Shown here piece after piece: positions 20,115 to 29,942 of a stretch of DNA of 64,000 bases. Location: the NCBI GenBank assembly GCA_965240465.1, contig OZ251219.1:1152001-1216000 (forward strand). The letters are read 5' to 3'. Numbering within the stretch: position 1 is the first letter of the stretch; every line of letters begins with the position of its first letter. A program made the translations under genes and the position numbers. Below the pieces are notes generated by a model. That model was given only the letters and a program-made list of their open reading frames with translations. It was not told where the DNA came from and made no database searches. Origin of the DNA: a bacterium. Its GTDB lineage: Bacteria > SAR324 > JACQKK01.

Positions 20115-22001
20115 TTATAATTCGAGTCCACTGTCACTTTTGTTACCAGAGACGTCATCAGTATTGGTGTTATTATTTGTTCCAATATCTGGAATAGTAT
20201 CATCTGGATATCTATTGTTCTTGACCACTCCCGCGGATTCGTTCACCCCTACCAGATAACCCATCTTGGCATCGGAAGGAAATCTTTCAAAGATAGTGGG
20301 AGGAAAAACAATGTTATATTCAACAGTGCCTGTGTTGCTACCTGCTATTCCACCGAAAGTGTATCCACCCCTGGTTGCTCCAGCGACAGTCTTTTCTGCA
20401 GTACCTCCTACAAAGGTAGCACCCTGTACCACATTGATCCCATTAATGGTGCCAGCATTTTCCCCTACTATGCCGCCCACCAAGTACTCATCGTTGGCAT
20501 CAGTAGGTACTTTCAGGGTAGAATTAGTAACTCTCACCCCGCTAACAGTAGCAGTATTCGTGATAGCCCCAGCCAAGAAACCTACCTTAACAGTTTGTCT
20601 TAATAGCCCTACTATATTTTTGGCTGTAAGTGAGAAATTATCAAAAATCAAGTTTTTCACTGTACCACCTTTAATCTTGGCAAAGAAGCCAGTGAAACCC
20701 CTTTTTGCATTATCCCTACCACTTGCCCTACCACCTGGATCGGCATCCGAACGGTTTTGTACATCCATGATTACCAAGTTGTTAATGGTAAATCCTTTGC
20801 CATCAAACATGCCTGAGAAGTCCTCAATAGGAGTAAAAGGATCCCTAATAGGAGTAAAAGGATCCCTTCTTGGGGCATTAATGTCAGCGGTTAATTCATA
20901 GCCAGTACACTTGGTTACAGGGCAACCTGTAGTTAAGGTTTCAACTGAACCTCTTTCTGTTATTACTTCAAGGCTGAATCCAATCGAGACATCAGGCGAG
21001 CCATCAGGGATTCCTAACAGTCCCGCATAGTCGCGTATTTCAATCAGACCATTACCATCATCGTCTAGGTCTTCCCGGTTGCCAAAATTGTCGCCATCAT
21101 CATCACGTTTGCAGCTAAAGGTAGTATCGCCTGCTAGTCTTATTTCGTTATATCCGACAGTGCACCCTAGTGATTGTACATCTTCTTTGCTGAAATCACG
21201 CTGTTCAACAGGGCCTTCTTCCACATGGCCTTCCCCCCCAGTGTCTATTTTTAGCCTAGTGCCAAAGATAGAAAAATCAAGGCTAGCTTGGCGGCCAACA
21301 GCAGAGATATTTTTCTTGCTCAGTACCCTGCCATTAAAATCAGTGGTAGAAACGTCAAATATCTTTTCTCCTTCAAATTCAACCTGCTTATTGATGGGAC
21401 AGGAATTGGCAGGCCTGTAAAGGTTGCTATCACAGAACAATGGATCTAGGTGCACTCGCACCTGTCCGATTATGGCATCGGAAGTGTATTTGAGGTTGCC
21501 TTCTTTATCTTTTCCCAGCCCGATCCAGGTAAGGGTACTTTTTCGGTCGTTGATATCGCTGGTAAAGGTAGTGAAAATATAATCGCCATCTTCATTCTCT
21601 TCCACTACACTGCGAGTGCCAAATACTGCTAGGAAGGATTCTCCTTCGGGAGCTTTCACACTTACAATGTTGCTCTTGCTGGGAAGTTTTATGACTGTGA
21701 AATTGCTGAGGTTTGTCTTTATAAATTCTGACAAACCTTCTAAGTTGGGATCTTCAATATCTACTACAGCAGCAGGAATTGATTTAGGCAAAAAGCCTAC
21801 CAAAATTGATTTTATGGCTTCAGGATCCTCAACACCTTCAATTCCTAGGACCGGGCTTTTGAGTGCTTGGGGTTCTTCTTGTATATTTTTATTGCCTATT
21901 TGCAGGTTGCCCAGGTCAATTACGACACCATCCTCAACATAAGAATTGGAGCAACTACCGATTAAAAACAAAGCTAATGATAATGTTAGTATTGGTCGCA
22001 T
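20115..22001 (-). CDS. Surface lipoprotein with GLUG-type repeats (adhesin-like)
   Basis: Lipobox MRPILTLSLALFLIGS-C, DDDGNGLIEI, GCP..CTGYEL, FDGKGFTINNL, VGGIVGEN, FGGIAGSN. Confidence 0.75.
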   Translation of the reverse strand: MRPILTLSLALFLIGSCSNSYVEDGVVIDLGNLQIGNKNIQEEPQALKSPVLGIEGVEDPEAIKSILVGFLPKSIPAAVVDIEDPNLEGLSEFIKTNLSNFTVIKLPSKSNIVSVKAPEGESFLAVFGTRSVVEENEDGDYIFTTFTSDINDRKSTLTWIGLGKDKEGNLKYTSDAIIGQVRVHLDPLFCDSNLYRPANSCPINKQVEFEGEKIFDVSTTDFNGRVLSKKNISAVGRQASLDFSIFGTRLKIDTGGEGHVEEGPVEQRDFSKEDVQSLGCTVGYNEIRLAGDTTFSCKRDDDGDNFGNREDLDDDGNGLIEIRDYAGLLGIPDGSPDVSIGFSLEVITERGSVETLTTGCPVTKCTGYELTADINAPRRDPFTPIRDPFTPIEDFSGMFDGKGFTINNLVIMDVQNRSDADPGGRASGRDNAKRGFTGFFAKIKGGTVKNLIFDNFSLTAKNIVGLLRQTVKVGFLAGAITNTATVSGVRVTNSTLKVPTDANDEYLVGGIVGENAGTINGINVVQGATFVGGTAEKTVAGATRGGYTFGGIAGSNTGTVEYNIVFPPTIFERFPSDAKMGYLVGVNESAGVVKNNRYPDDTIPDIGTNNNTNTDDVSGNKSDSGLEL

Positions 22002-22226
22002 AACAGACCTCCCATTTGTGTAAGTGATATTTTTTATAAGAGATTTGTACAATAAAGAAGAACTAGTACTCCAAAGAGATGGCACCATTATACATGTTTA
22101 TGGGGCATCAGGCAAGTCTTTTAAGACCATGGTCATGTTTTGGGTATTTCTTTATAAGCTGATGGATTATATTTCAGTGTAGACAAGTGTAAATGAGCAG
22201 GTATAGGCAAGATTTGGAGTCGGTTA

Positions 22227-22859
22227 ATGGATGTTGAAGGGTATCAGGTGTTTGCGATTTTAGGACATTTGAGCGAGGTTTTTTTGCGTCTTTACGGGTG
22301 GCTGATAGTGATATCTGTTTTGATGACTTGGGTACAGCCAGACCGATCTAATGTATTGGTGAGGTGGGTGTTTAGGGTTACAGAGCCTTTTATTGATTGG
22401 GTGGGGGGATGGCTCCCTAGGAAGATTAATCAATTCAGAGCGTATTTGGCTTTGTTGCTTGTTTGGAATTTGGGTCGTGTATCTGGGGGGATGTTGAGTA
22501 GTTTCGGCTTATTTTTGGGAGGGGAATTAGCAGCGAGATTTTTGGTGATACGTTTGGGGGGATATTTTGCGGTGTGGATTTTATCGGTGCTGAGTTCTTT
22601 ATTGGGATTTTTGATTTTGTTATTGCTGATTTGGTTTGTGCTGACCTTAATAAGGCCATCATTATCCAATCGGTTGGTTCAGATATTGGCTATGTTGGTG
22701 GATCCATTTATCAGTCCTGTTCAGAAGAGGTTTTCTAGTTGGTGTTGGATTGGTCGGGTAGATATTTCTCCATTATTGGTATTGTTATTAGGGTGGGTGA
22801 TATCTTTTGCGGTGGATTGGCTAATTATTTGGGGGTACACCTTGAGTACTGCGGGATAG
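22227..22859 (+). CDS. yggT: YggT family membrane protein (two YggT repeats)
   Basis: LMTWVQPD..N.LVRWVFRVTEP; LVDPFISPVQK...IGRVDISPLL. Confidence 0.85.
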   Translation: MDVEGYQVFAILGHLSEVFLRLYGWLIVISVLMTWVQPDRSNVLVRWVFRVTEPFIDWVGGWLPRKINQFRAYLALLLVWNLGRVSGGMLSSFGLFLGGELAARFLVIRLGGYFAVWILSVLSSLLGFLILLLLIWFVLTLIRPSLSNRLVQILAMLVDPFISPVQKRFSSWCWIGRVDISPLLVLLLGWVISFAVDWLIIWGYTLSTAG

Positions 22860-22987
22860 GTCAGGGGGGTGGGGTACATATGTTCTGGAAAACACTTGAC
22901 GTGCTACCCATGCTTAAGCTATGATAGGCATATTGGTTTAGGCGATATTGGATTGCCTTTGTGTTCTGTTAGATACACTGTTGGCCT

Positions 22988-23704
22988 ATGTCTATTTGGA
23001 TTCGCTTCCGCTGCGAGAACGGCGATTGTTTCCTGGCGAATGCAGAGCAAACCCATTTGTTTTTCAAGACTGATCCTGCGGAGATTAGTATACTTCCTGC
23101 GGGTCAGACGGATGCTTTTGGACAGAAAATCCAGCCGCTCTATGTTTTCAATTGTGAGAATTCAGAGCAAGTTCATGCAGCTGAAGACTTGATTTTTGAG
23201 GCACTCTGTCATCAGAAATCGGTTACCATCAGCCTTGAGGTTCTGGATGAGCATGCGGAATATCTTAGTCATGTGCATGGGATTCGCATGGTGTTGGAGT
23301 TAATTCATCAGGGTAGCATTCGTATTCCGGTTAATGTTGACATTCCTCAAGAGAAGGAGCTTTTTATGCCTGAGGACGACCATGAGGAATCGGAAATAAA
23401 GCAATTTGAGCGTATTTTGTCTACCTATCTCCATGTTCCCTCGGATGTTTTACGCGAGGCTTGGAAGCTAAAAGCCCAGATTAACAAGGATAGTAATATT
23501 CATTTTACCATCCAATGGGATCTTGAAGATTGCAGTGAACATGGTGCACACGAATACTGGAAGGTGTGTACTCTCCCAGATCGTTCTTATCGCTTTAGAG
23601 AAGACTACAACCAGTTGGCTACAGACTTGGTACGCAAAGAGGGGTATCGCTGGGAAGACCTTTCCAATATTGCTACTAAGACGGGAAATCCAGCCCATTC
23701 ATAA
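22988..23704 (+). CDS. Hypothetical protein
   Basis: 238-aa ATG ORF with protein-like composition filling the gap. Confidence 0.65.
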   Translation: MSIWIRFRCENGDCFLANAEQTHLFFKTDPAEISILPAGQTDAFGQKIQPLYVFNCENSEQVHAAEDLIFEALCHQKSVTISLEVLDEHAEYLSHVHGIRMVLELIHQGSIRIPVNVDIPQEKELFMPEDDHEESEIKQFERILSTYLHVPSDVLREAWKLKAQINKDSNIHFTIQWDLEDCSEHGAHEYWKVCTLPDRSYRFREDYNQLATDLVRKEGYRWEDLSNIATKTGNPAHS

Positions 23705-23839
23705 CCGAGCCGCTAGCATGAGAGGAGGGGGTGGTGGTATCCGTTTTGAGAACCTCACTGGGAGGTTTTGTGAAGCTTGGAGCTATGTAGCTAAGAGTTA
23801 TCAGAAGATTTATCGGGATTATTTGTTAGATTGAGGGAA

Positions 23840-26161
23840 TTATTCACGCGGGGTGTCATCAAGTGGAATTATAAGGTCATAGTTTGAGTTTGGAGATAAA
23901 GCCTCGGCATGGCTAATTTCCCGAGCATGTAGTTTTACATTTTCGGACAAATTAATTCTCTGTAGGGCATTTTTGCCAGAATAATTGAAAGATAATCCAC
24001 CGACCCCATTGCTAAGTGCGGCATCAATTTTCTGTTTGATGATCTGACAGGCTTGCTTATTTTTTGCAGATTCAGCACAGAGAACAAGTTCTTCAGAAGG
24101 AATATGATAAGAGCTCTCAATTGCATGATTTTTAAGAGAATCAATACATTTATGCAAGGTATTCATGTTTGCGGTTGGTGGAAATTCTAGCAGTACCCTA
24201 TTAAACACATTTCTTATAGGAACGATTTTTCGGATAAGAGTAGAACATTGATTTTGGGTTTTTAAGTTTTTTGCATCCAGCCACAAATGGGAATTATAAT
24301 TGCTAGCTGCCTCAGCGACTTCGGTTATAGTCAAGCCATTTCTTGGTGATGGAGGATGGTTGACCCATATTTTGTTATTATCAATCTCAATATCAATCTC
24401 AATGCATCCAGAGCTAAGAGATCCTGTAAGTACTTTTTGGATGGTATTTGAGCTATGGAGGCACACGGGATTATCCCTAGTTTGTGCGAGTACAAAGTTC
24501 TTGGTTTCATAATCGGTAACATCTTTATATTGTTTATTTTGGGTAAAATCTGAATCTTCAATGCTGATCGCAGAAAATCCATTTTTTAATTTTCTTACTA
24601 ATATCGGTTCAAGTTTTCCTTTTGGCATGGCAATGGTTTTTGATGAAAGTACTGCTTTCATAATAATAGGAACATCACGCAAGGTTTTAATTTCTTTTGA
24701 AGACAAATATTTTTTAAGTTTATATTTATTTTCGCCAAGAATGGATTGGGCAGCATTATTAATAAACAAAATTAAGGGAATCCGTATCATAGAGTGTACA
24801 AATCTACTGGAATCATGGCGAGAACTTTGATAAATATCATCGCCATGATCAGAGAAGTATAACAGCACAGCTGGAGTATCTAGTTTCTTAATAAGATTAA
24901 TTGCTCTAGCGATATTGCTATCAATATACTTGATGACAGAATCGTAATCGTTAACGCTTTTACGACTTATATATTTGGATAATGCATCATCTTCTAGATT
25001 GCTAAATAATTCTTTGTATATATTGCTAAAATTTGGGACATTATTTTCATAATATGGGAAATGTCCAGCATAAGAATGTAGAAATATCACTGAAGATTGC
25101 TCTTCTTTTTTGCTAAGGTATTTTTCTAGTTGTGTCAATAAAAGGTCTCCATCAAGCGGTAAATCACAATATTTTGCTAGGTTTCCTAATAATTTATGAC
25201 ACTTACCACCGTATTTTTCTTTATCAACAGACCCAAATATGAAGAAAGAAACATAGTTATATGTTCCTGTTTTGCCTTGGTTAGAAACCAGTTCGGTTTT
25301 TATACCGCTTGCTTTTAAGATATCAACAATTGAAGTTCGTTTTTTTTGAAAGATTGTTTTAATTTTATCTTCATTATTTTTTTTGTCATAAGGCACAGAT
25401 AGTGCTTCAAGCAAAGATTGCGATGTATGTGTGTGTGTAGCGAGGTAGTTTTGCCCTAACATTAAGGAATTATTTTTATTAAGATTTGAAATATTAGGAG
25501 TGGTATCCCTATAATATCCATAGACTCCCATGTTTTGGGAAGATGTTGATTCTCCTATGTAGACGACCAGCTTTATAGGAGTTTGATGAGGAATAATTTT
25601 ATCGGCTAGTATTTTTTCAGATGTAAAATTATTTTTAATTCCAGCAACTTCTTCATTTGCTTGTTTTCTTAGATGTGCTAATCCCCATGCTTGCGGCACA
25701 AATGAAATTAAGCCGATAACACAAATGTAAACAATAATACATAATATAAATCTCCTAGATTTATCATCCTTAGAACCAGAAGTTATACTGATAATATATT
25801 TTAAGGCATATGAGACTATAATAGCATATAATGAAGCGACAGCGAAGAATTCTAAGGCGAGCATGGTCCTTCTGGGGTTTATAATTATGAATTTAAATAA
25901 TTCTTTTACATAAACCACTAATTCTGTGTAATTAGGTGATATTGTTTCTGCAAGAGAATCAGTTGCGATGTTAGATAAGTATCTAAGAAAAATATCTATA
26001 TATTTTAACCATACAAAAGATAGTACCAACAAAATTGCCCTAATTAATCTTGATTTGACTAAATAGAAAGCCCCCAGAATAACTGCCGAAACAATAGATC
26101 TTTGTAGCCAATTAGGATAGTAGGTTAAGTAATTTATAAAGCTATAAATATAATCAACCAT
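23840..26161 (-). CDS. Phosphoethanolamine-transferase/sulfatase-family membrane enzyme with C-terminal phosphodiesterase-like domain; AT-rich
   Basis: N-terminal TM helices, IGESTS, TTPNI, THTSQSL, HSYAGHFPY, YDSVIKYID, FSDHG; C-terminal HSSNT..IEIDI..VNHP..LWLDAK. Confidence 0.8.
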   Translation of the reverse strand: MVDYIYSFINYLTYYPNWLQRSIVSAVILGAFYLVKSRLIRAILLVLSFVWLKYIDIFLRYLSNIATDSLAETISPNYTELVVYVKELFKFIIINPRRTMLALEFFAVASLYAIIVSYALKYIISITSGSKDDKSRRFILCIIVYICVIGLISFVPQAWGLAHLRKQANEEVAGIKNNFTSEKILADKIIPHQTPIKLVVYIGESTSSQNMGVYGYYRDTTPNISNLNKNNSLMLGQNYLATHTHTSQSLLEALSVPYDKKNNEDKIKTIFQKKRTSIVDILKASGIKTELVSNQGKTGTYNYVSFFIFGSVDKEKYGGKCHKLLGNLAKYCDLPLDGDLLLTQLEKYLSKKEEQSSVIFLHSYAGHFPYYENNVPNFSNIYKELFSNLEDDALSKYISRKSVNDYDSVIKYIDSNIARAINLIKKLDTPAVLLYFSDHGDDIYQSSRHDSSRFVHSMIRIPLILFINNAAQSILGENKYKLKKYLSSKEIKTLRDVPIIMKAVLSSKTIAMPKGKLEPILVRKLKNGFSAISIEDSDFTQNKQYKDVTDYETKNFVLAQTRDNPVCLHSSNTIQKVLTGSLSSGCIEIDIEIDNNKIWVNHPPSPRNGLTITEVAEAASNYNSHLWLDAKNLKTQNQCSTLIRKIVPIRNVFNRVLLEFPPTANMNTLHKCIDSLKNHAIESSYHIPSEELVLCAESAKNKQACQIIKQKIDAALSNGVGGLSFNYSGKNALQRINLSENVKLHAREISHAEALSPNSNYDLIIPLDDTPRE

Positions 26162-26249
26162 AGGCTATATTTTTGTAAATTTGCGGTGCGATCACCACAT
26201 AAATTGTATAATATGATGTACAGACGGCTTCCCACGCCTAGAACTACGC

Positions 26250-26654
26250 TTAAAGATTGCGATAGTGTGCCAGATAAACAACCGCGGTGATCAAAATCAA
26301 GGTGAGAATATGTACCGCCAATATCAGTGGCTGAATATATCGCTTGGCGGAGAGTTGTTGGTCTATGATCAAGCCGCAGGCGATCAAAAGTAGAACTAAA
26401 ACGAGCTTCCAATGTAGCCATTTGGCGGTAGTTAGTAGTCCTAGTTGCCATGCCTGCCAGGTACCTAAGCTCAGCGTTACCGCTAACATGGGATAGTAAA
26501 TGAATTTCTGGATGCGGAATTGTATCTCTTTCACTCCCTGTGCCTCCGTCTGAGACAAGCGGCGTTGCATGAGCATCATTAGGGATTGCAAGAATAAGGC
26601 TCCGACAGTAAGCATGCCAAAGGTAATGTGGAAGGTGGTTAGTATTTTTTCCAT
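26250..26654 (-). CDS. Small four-TM membrane protein
   Basis: Hydrophobic helices, N-terminal H-I motif and WLHWKL as in DUF2269/CopD-like proteins. Confidence 0.6.
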   Translation of the reverse strand: MEKILTTFHITFGMLTVGALFLQSLMMLMQRRLSQTEAQGVKEIQFRIQKFIYYPMLAVTLSLGTWQAWQLGLLTTAKWLHWKLVLVLLLIACGLIIDQQLSAKRYIQPLILAVHILTLILITAVVYLAHYRNL

Positions 26655-26764
26655 GCAGATTTGTATATTTAGGGTGAGATCCTTGCTAAGGTGAAGGTGT
26701 ATAAGTGGTCGCAACAATAGATATAGTAATCACAGGGGAACACAGAAAACAAGATGATGCAATC

Positions 26765-26910
26765 ATTCTAGGTCATACTAGGTAATTCTAGGTCATACTA
26801 GGTAATTCTGAGTCATCCTAGGTAATTCTGAGTCATCCTAGGTAATTCTGAGTCATCCTAGGTAATTCTGAGTCATACTAGGTAATTCTAAGTCATCCTA
26901 AGTCATTCTA
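26765..26910. repeat. 20-bp tandem repeat (~7x) built from 10-bp subunits
   Basis: TTCT(AG/GA)GTCAT(A/C)CTAGGTAA repeated. Confidence 0.93.
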
Positions 26911-27011
26911 AGATTGACAATAACTGGCAATAATGAAAAAATTGGTGTAAAGTAGCGGGATAGAGGCAACAAATCCGTACCCAATAAGGCAGTACCCAAT
27001 AAGGCAATACC

Positions 27012-28184
27012 ATGAAGCTTCCTTCCTTAACCATTAGAAATTTTACCCTGAAGTTTCCCATCATTCAAGGAGGCATGGGAGTAGGCATATCTTGGGATAA
27101 TCTGGCTGGTGCAGTAGCAAAAACAGGTTGCGGAGGAACGGTATCATCGGTGGGTACTGGCTACTGGAATACCAAAAAGGTGAAGCTAATCAATGGCCGA
27201 CCCTTGAAACCTGAAAATTTTAGCAATTCTGAAAATCTTTGCGCGATCATCAAAAGTGCCATGAGTAAATCCAAAGGCAATGGTGCCGTGGGAGTGAATA
27301 TCTTGTGCGCGGTTACCGATTATGCCCGCCAAGTAAAAGACTCCGTACGAGCTGGAGCTAGGTACATAATCAGTGGGGCGGGCCTGCCTCTGCGGTTGCC
27401 CGAATACGTGAACAAAGCCGATATCGCCCTGATACCAATAGTCTCATCTCCGCGAGTTTTAGACCTGCTTTGCCGCCGCTGGAAGCGTTTTGGTCGCTTG
27501 CCAGACGCGGTCGTGCTTGAAGGACCAAAATCGGGCGGTCACCAAGGATATTCCTACGATCAATGCTTGATGGAAGAATTTCAGCTGGAAAAAGTTACCC
27601 CAGGAGTGCTGAAAGCTTGCAAACTCTGGGGAAATATCCCGCTGATAGTGGCTGGAGGAGTCTGGAATAAAAAAGATATTGAAAAATTCATTGATATGGG
27701 TGTCTCAGGCGTCCAAATGGCAACCAGATTTATCGGTACCCACGAATGCGATGCCTCTCCAGTATTCAAACAGGTGATCATCAATGCCAAAAAATCAGAT
27801 ATCCAGCTGATCAAATCCCCAGTTGGTTATCCCGCTAGGGGCGTAGTCACTACCCCTCTGGTCAGACGCGTATCTTTGGGTGTTAGACCGAAGATCCCTT
27901 GCATCTCAAACTGCGTTACCCCCTGCAACCACGGCACCGAATCCAACAAGGTCGGCTACTGCATCGCCGATTCCCTATCCGATGCTTGGCTCGGACATGT
28001 GGATACTGGACTATTCTTCAGTGGCTCCAATGGCTATCGCATCAAAGAACTGGAATCAGTAGAAAGCGTCATTGGCAAACTGGCAGGAAATATTGCAGAT
28101 CCAAAAAACTGGGAAGATCAAGAAATAGCCGAAGACATCACTCCGCCCGTGCTCCCCCCAGTAGCATCCATAGGACTATACTAA
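27012..28184 (+). CDS. Nitronate monooxygenase/FabK-family flavoprotein, FabX-like
   Basis: IQGGMGVGISWD.LAG, GAGLP, EGPKSGGHQG, QMATRF, SPVGYPAR, CISNCVTPC...GYCIAD Cys cluster. Confidence 0.85.
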   Translation: MKLPSLTIRNFTLKFPIIQGGMGVGISWDNLAGAVAKTGCGGTVSSVGTGYWNTKKVKLINGRPLKPENFSNSENLCAIIKSAMSKSKGNGAVGVNILCAVTDYARQVKDSVRAGARYIISGAGLPLRLPEYVNKADIALIPIVSSPRVLDLLCRRWKRFGRLPDAVVLEGPKSGGHQGYSYDQCLMEEFQLEKVTPGVLKACKLWGNIPLIVAGGVWNKKDIEKFIDMGVSGVQMATRFIGTHECDASPVFKQVIINAKKSDIQLIKSPVGYPARGVVTTPLVRRVSLGVRPKIPCISNCVTPCNHGTESNKVGYCIADSLSDAWLGHVDTGLFFSGSNGYRIKELESVESVIGKLAGNIADPKNWEDQEIAEDITPPVLPPVASIGLY

Positions 28185-28193
28185 GCTCCTGAT

Positions 28194-28315
28194 TCCCCCC
28201 GCCATCCGTTATAGCCCGTATTTTCATCCCCCGCCATCCAGCCCGTATTTTCATCCCCCGCCATCCGTTATAGCCCGTATTTTCACCCCCCGCCATCCAG
28301 CCCGTATTTTCATCC
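28194..28315. repeat. ~27-31-bp tandem repeat x4
   Basis: CCCCCGCCATCC(GTTAT)AGCCCGTATTTTCA repeated. Confidence 0.9.
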
Positions 28316-28370
28316 TGAACCTGCCATTCCTTCCCAACCCTCACACCTTGATGACCAAAAGCACGCTCGC

Positions 28371-28796
28371 ATGGTGGATACCAGCGGTAAGAAGCCTACC
28401 ACTCGCTTGGCACGAGCTAGGTGCTACCTAAGCATCTCTGCCACACTGACAAATCACCTGCACGCCCTCCCTAAAGGCGATGCCTTTTCTGTCGCCCGAA
28501 TTGCGGGCATTCAAGCTGCCAAACAGACCAGTCAATTGATACCTCTTTGCCACCCCCTTCCCCTGGAACACATCCAGATAGATATCACCCTCCAGAAAGC
28601 AGAACACCGAATACTGATTGAAACTTCTGCCAGTGCTACTGCTAAAACGGGGGTGGAAATGGAGGCTCTTACTGCAGCTGCGGTAACTGCTCTCACTTTA
28701 TATGATATGTGTAAGTCGGTGGATAAGGGGATGACTATCGGTAAGCTGCAGCTGATAGAAAAATTAGGCGGTAAGAGCGGACACTGGCACCGATGA
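28371..28796 (+). CDS. moaC: Cyclic pyranopterin monophosphate synthase (true start probably further upstream)
   Basis: MVD.S.K, KGDAFSVARIAGIQAAK.TS.LIPLCHP, TGVEMEAL, YDMCKSVD, KLGGKSG. Confidence 0.96.
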   Translation: MVDTSGKKPTTRLARARCYLSISATLTNHLHALPKGDAFSVARIAGIQAAKQTSQLIPLCHPLPLEHIQIDITLQKAEHRILIETSASATAKTGVEMEALTAAAVTALTLYDMCKSVDKGMTIGKLQLIEKLGGKSGHWHR

Positions 28797-28926
28797 TTTT
28801 TTGCAGATAATTTTTTGCAGAAGTACTTAGTTCTTGCTTATTAACCGATAAGCATGGATATTGAGGGGGTTTGCCCGCTTTATTTTAGGCTGTAGGGGGA
28901 GGTATTATTTTTTACCAGAGTTTAGC

Positions 28927-29922
28927 ATGTCTGGATTTCATGTAGCGATTGTTGGTGCGACTGGTGCGGTAGGGCAGACGCTATTGGAGGTGCTGAAGCG
29001 TCGTGAGTTTCCAGTATCTAGATTGACCTTAATGGCATCGGTTAGTAGTGCTGGTGGCAGGCTATCTTTTGCGGGTGAGGAGATTATCTTGCAGCGGCCT
29101 AGTCGGGAGGCATTTCGGGGAGTAGAGATTGCTTTTTTTTCGGCAGGGTCTAGTTGTAGCCGAGAATTTGTTCCTTGGGCACAAGCGGCGGGGGCAGTGG
29201 TGATAGACAATTCCAGTGCTTTTCGCTTGGACCCTCAAGTGCCCTTAGTGGTTCCAGAGATTAATAGTCATGTTGTGAGTAGTCATAGTGGGATTATTGC
29301 CAATCCTAATTGTTGTACGTTGGCTTTGGTGGTGCCATTGGCACCTTTGCATCGGGCTTTTGGTATTAGGCGAGTGGTAGTGTGTACCTATCAGGCTGCC
29401 AGTGGTGCGGGTAGTCGTGCTATGGATGAGTTACATAAGTCATCGGCAGCTTATTTGGAAGAGAGGGAGTTTAGTCCGAGTATTTTTCCTTATAATCCTG
29501 CCTTCAATCTTTTTCCTCATAACAGCGATATGCAGTCCAGTGGGTATTGCGAGGAAGAAGAAAAGATAATTCAGGAAACGCAAAAGATAATGGAGGATGA
29601 TGCCATCGCCATTACGGCTACCTGTGTGCGAGTGCCAGTCATGCGAGCTCATTCGGAGGCGGTGAACATGGAGTTTTCGCGAGCGGTATCGGTGAAGCAG
29701 GCACGGGAGGTTTTACGGGGGTCTGCAGGGGTGCTGTTATTTGAAGAGCCAGAGAATAATCGTTGGGCGACGCCCTTGGATGCGAGCGGTCGGGATGAGG
29801 TTTTGGTAGGACGCCTAAGGGAGGATCAATCTCAAACGGACACCTTGGACATGTGGATTGTAGCGGATCAATTGCTTAAGGGAGCGGCCTTGAATGCGGT
29901 TCAGATTGCTGAGTTGCTGTAA
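28927..29922 (+). CDS. asd: Aspartate-semialdehyde dehydrogenase
   Basis: VAIVGATGAVG, IDNSSAFR, IIANPNC, YQAASGAG, TCVRVPV..AHSE, LLKGAALNAVQI. Confidence 0.97.
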   Translation: MSGFHVAIVGATGAVGQTLLEVLKRREFPVSRLTLMASVSSAGGRLSFAGEEIILQRPSREAFRGVEIAFFSAGSSCSREFVPWAQAAGAVVIDNSSAFRLDPQVPLVVPEINSHVVSSHSGIIANPNCCTLALVVPLAPLHRAFGIRRVVVCTYQAASGAGSRAMDELHKSSAAYLEEREFSPSIFPYNPAFNLFPHNSDMQSSGYCEEEEKIIQETQKIMEDDAIAITATCVRVPVMRAHSEAVNMEFSRAVSVKQAREVLRGSAGVLLFEEPENNRWATPLDASGRDEVLVGRLREDQSQTDTLDMWIVADQLLKGAALNAVQIAELL

Positions 29923-29942
29923 TTTTTTATTTATTGAGCGGT

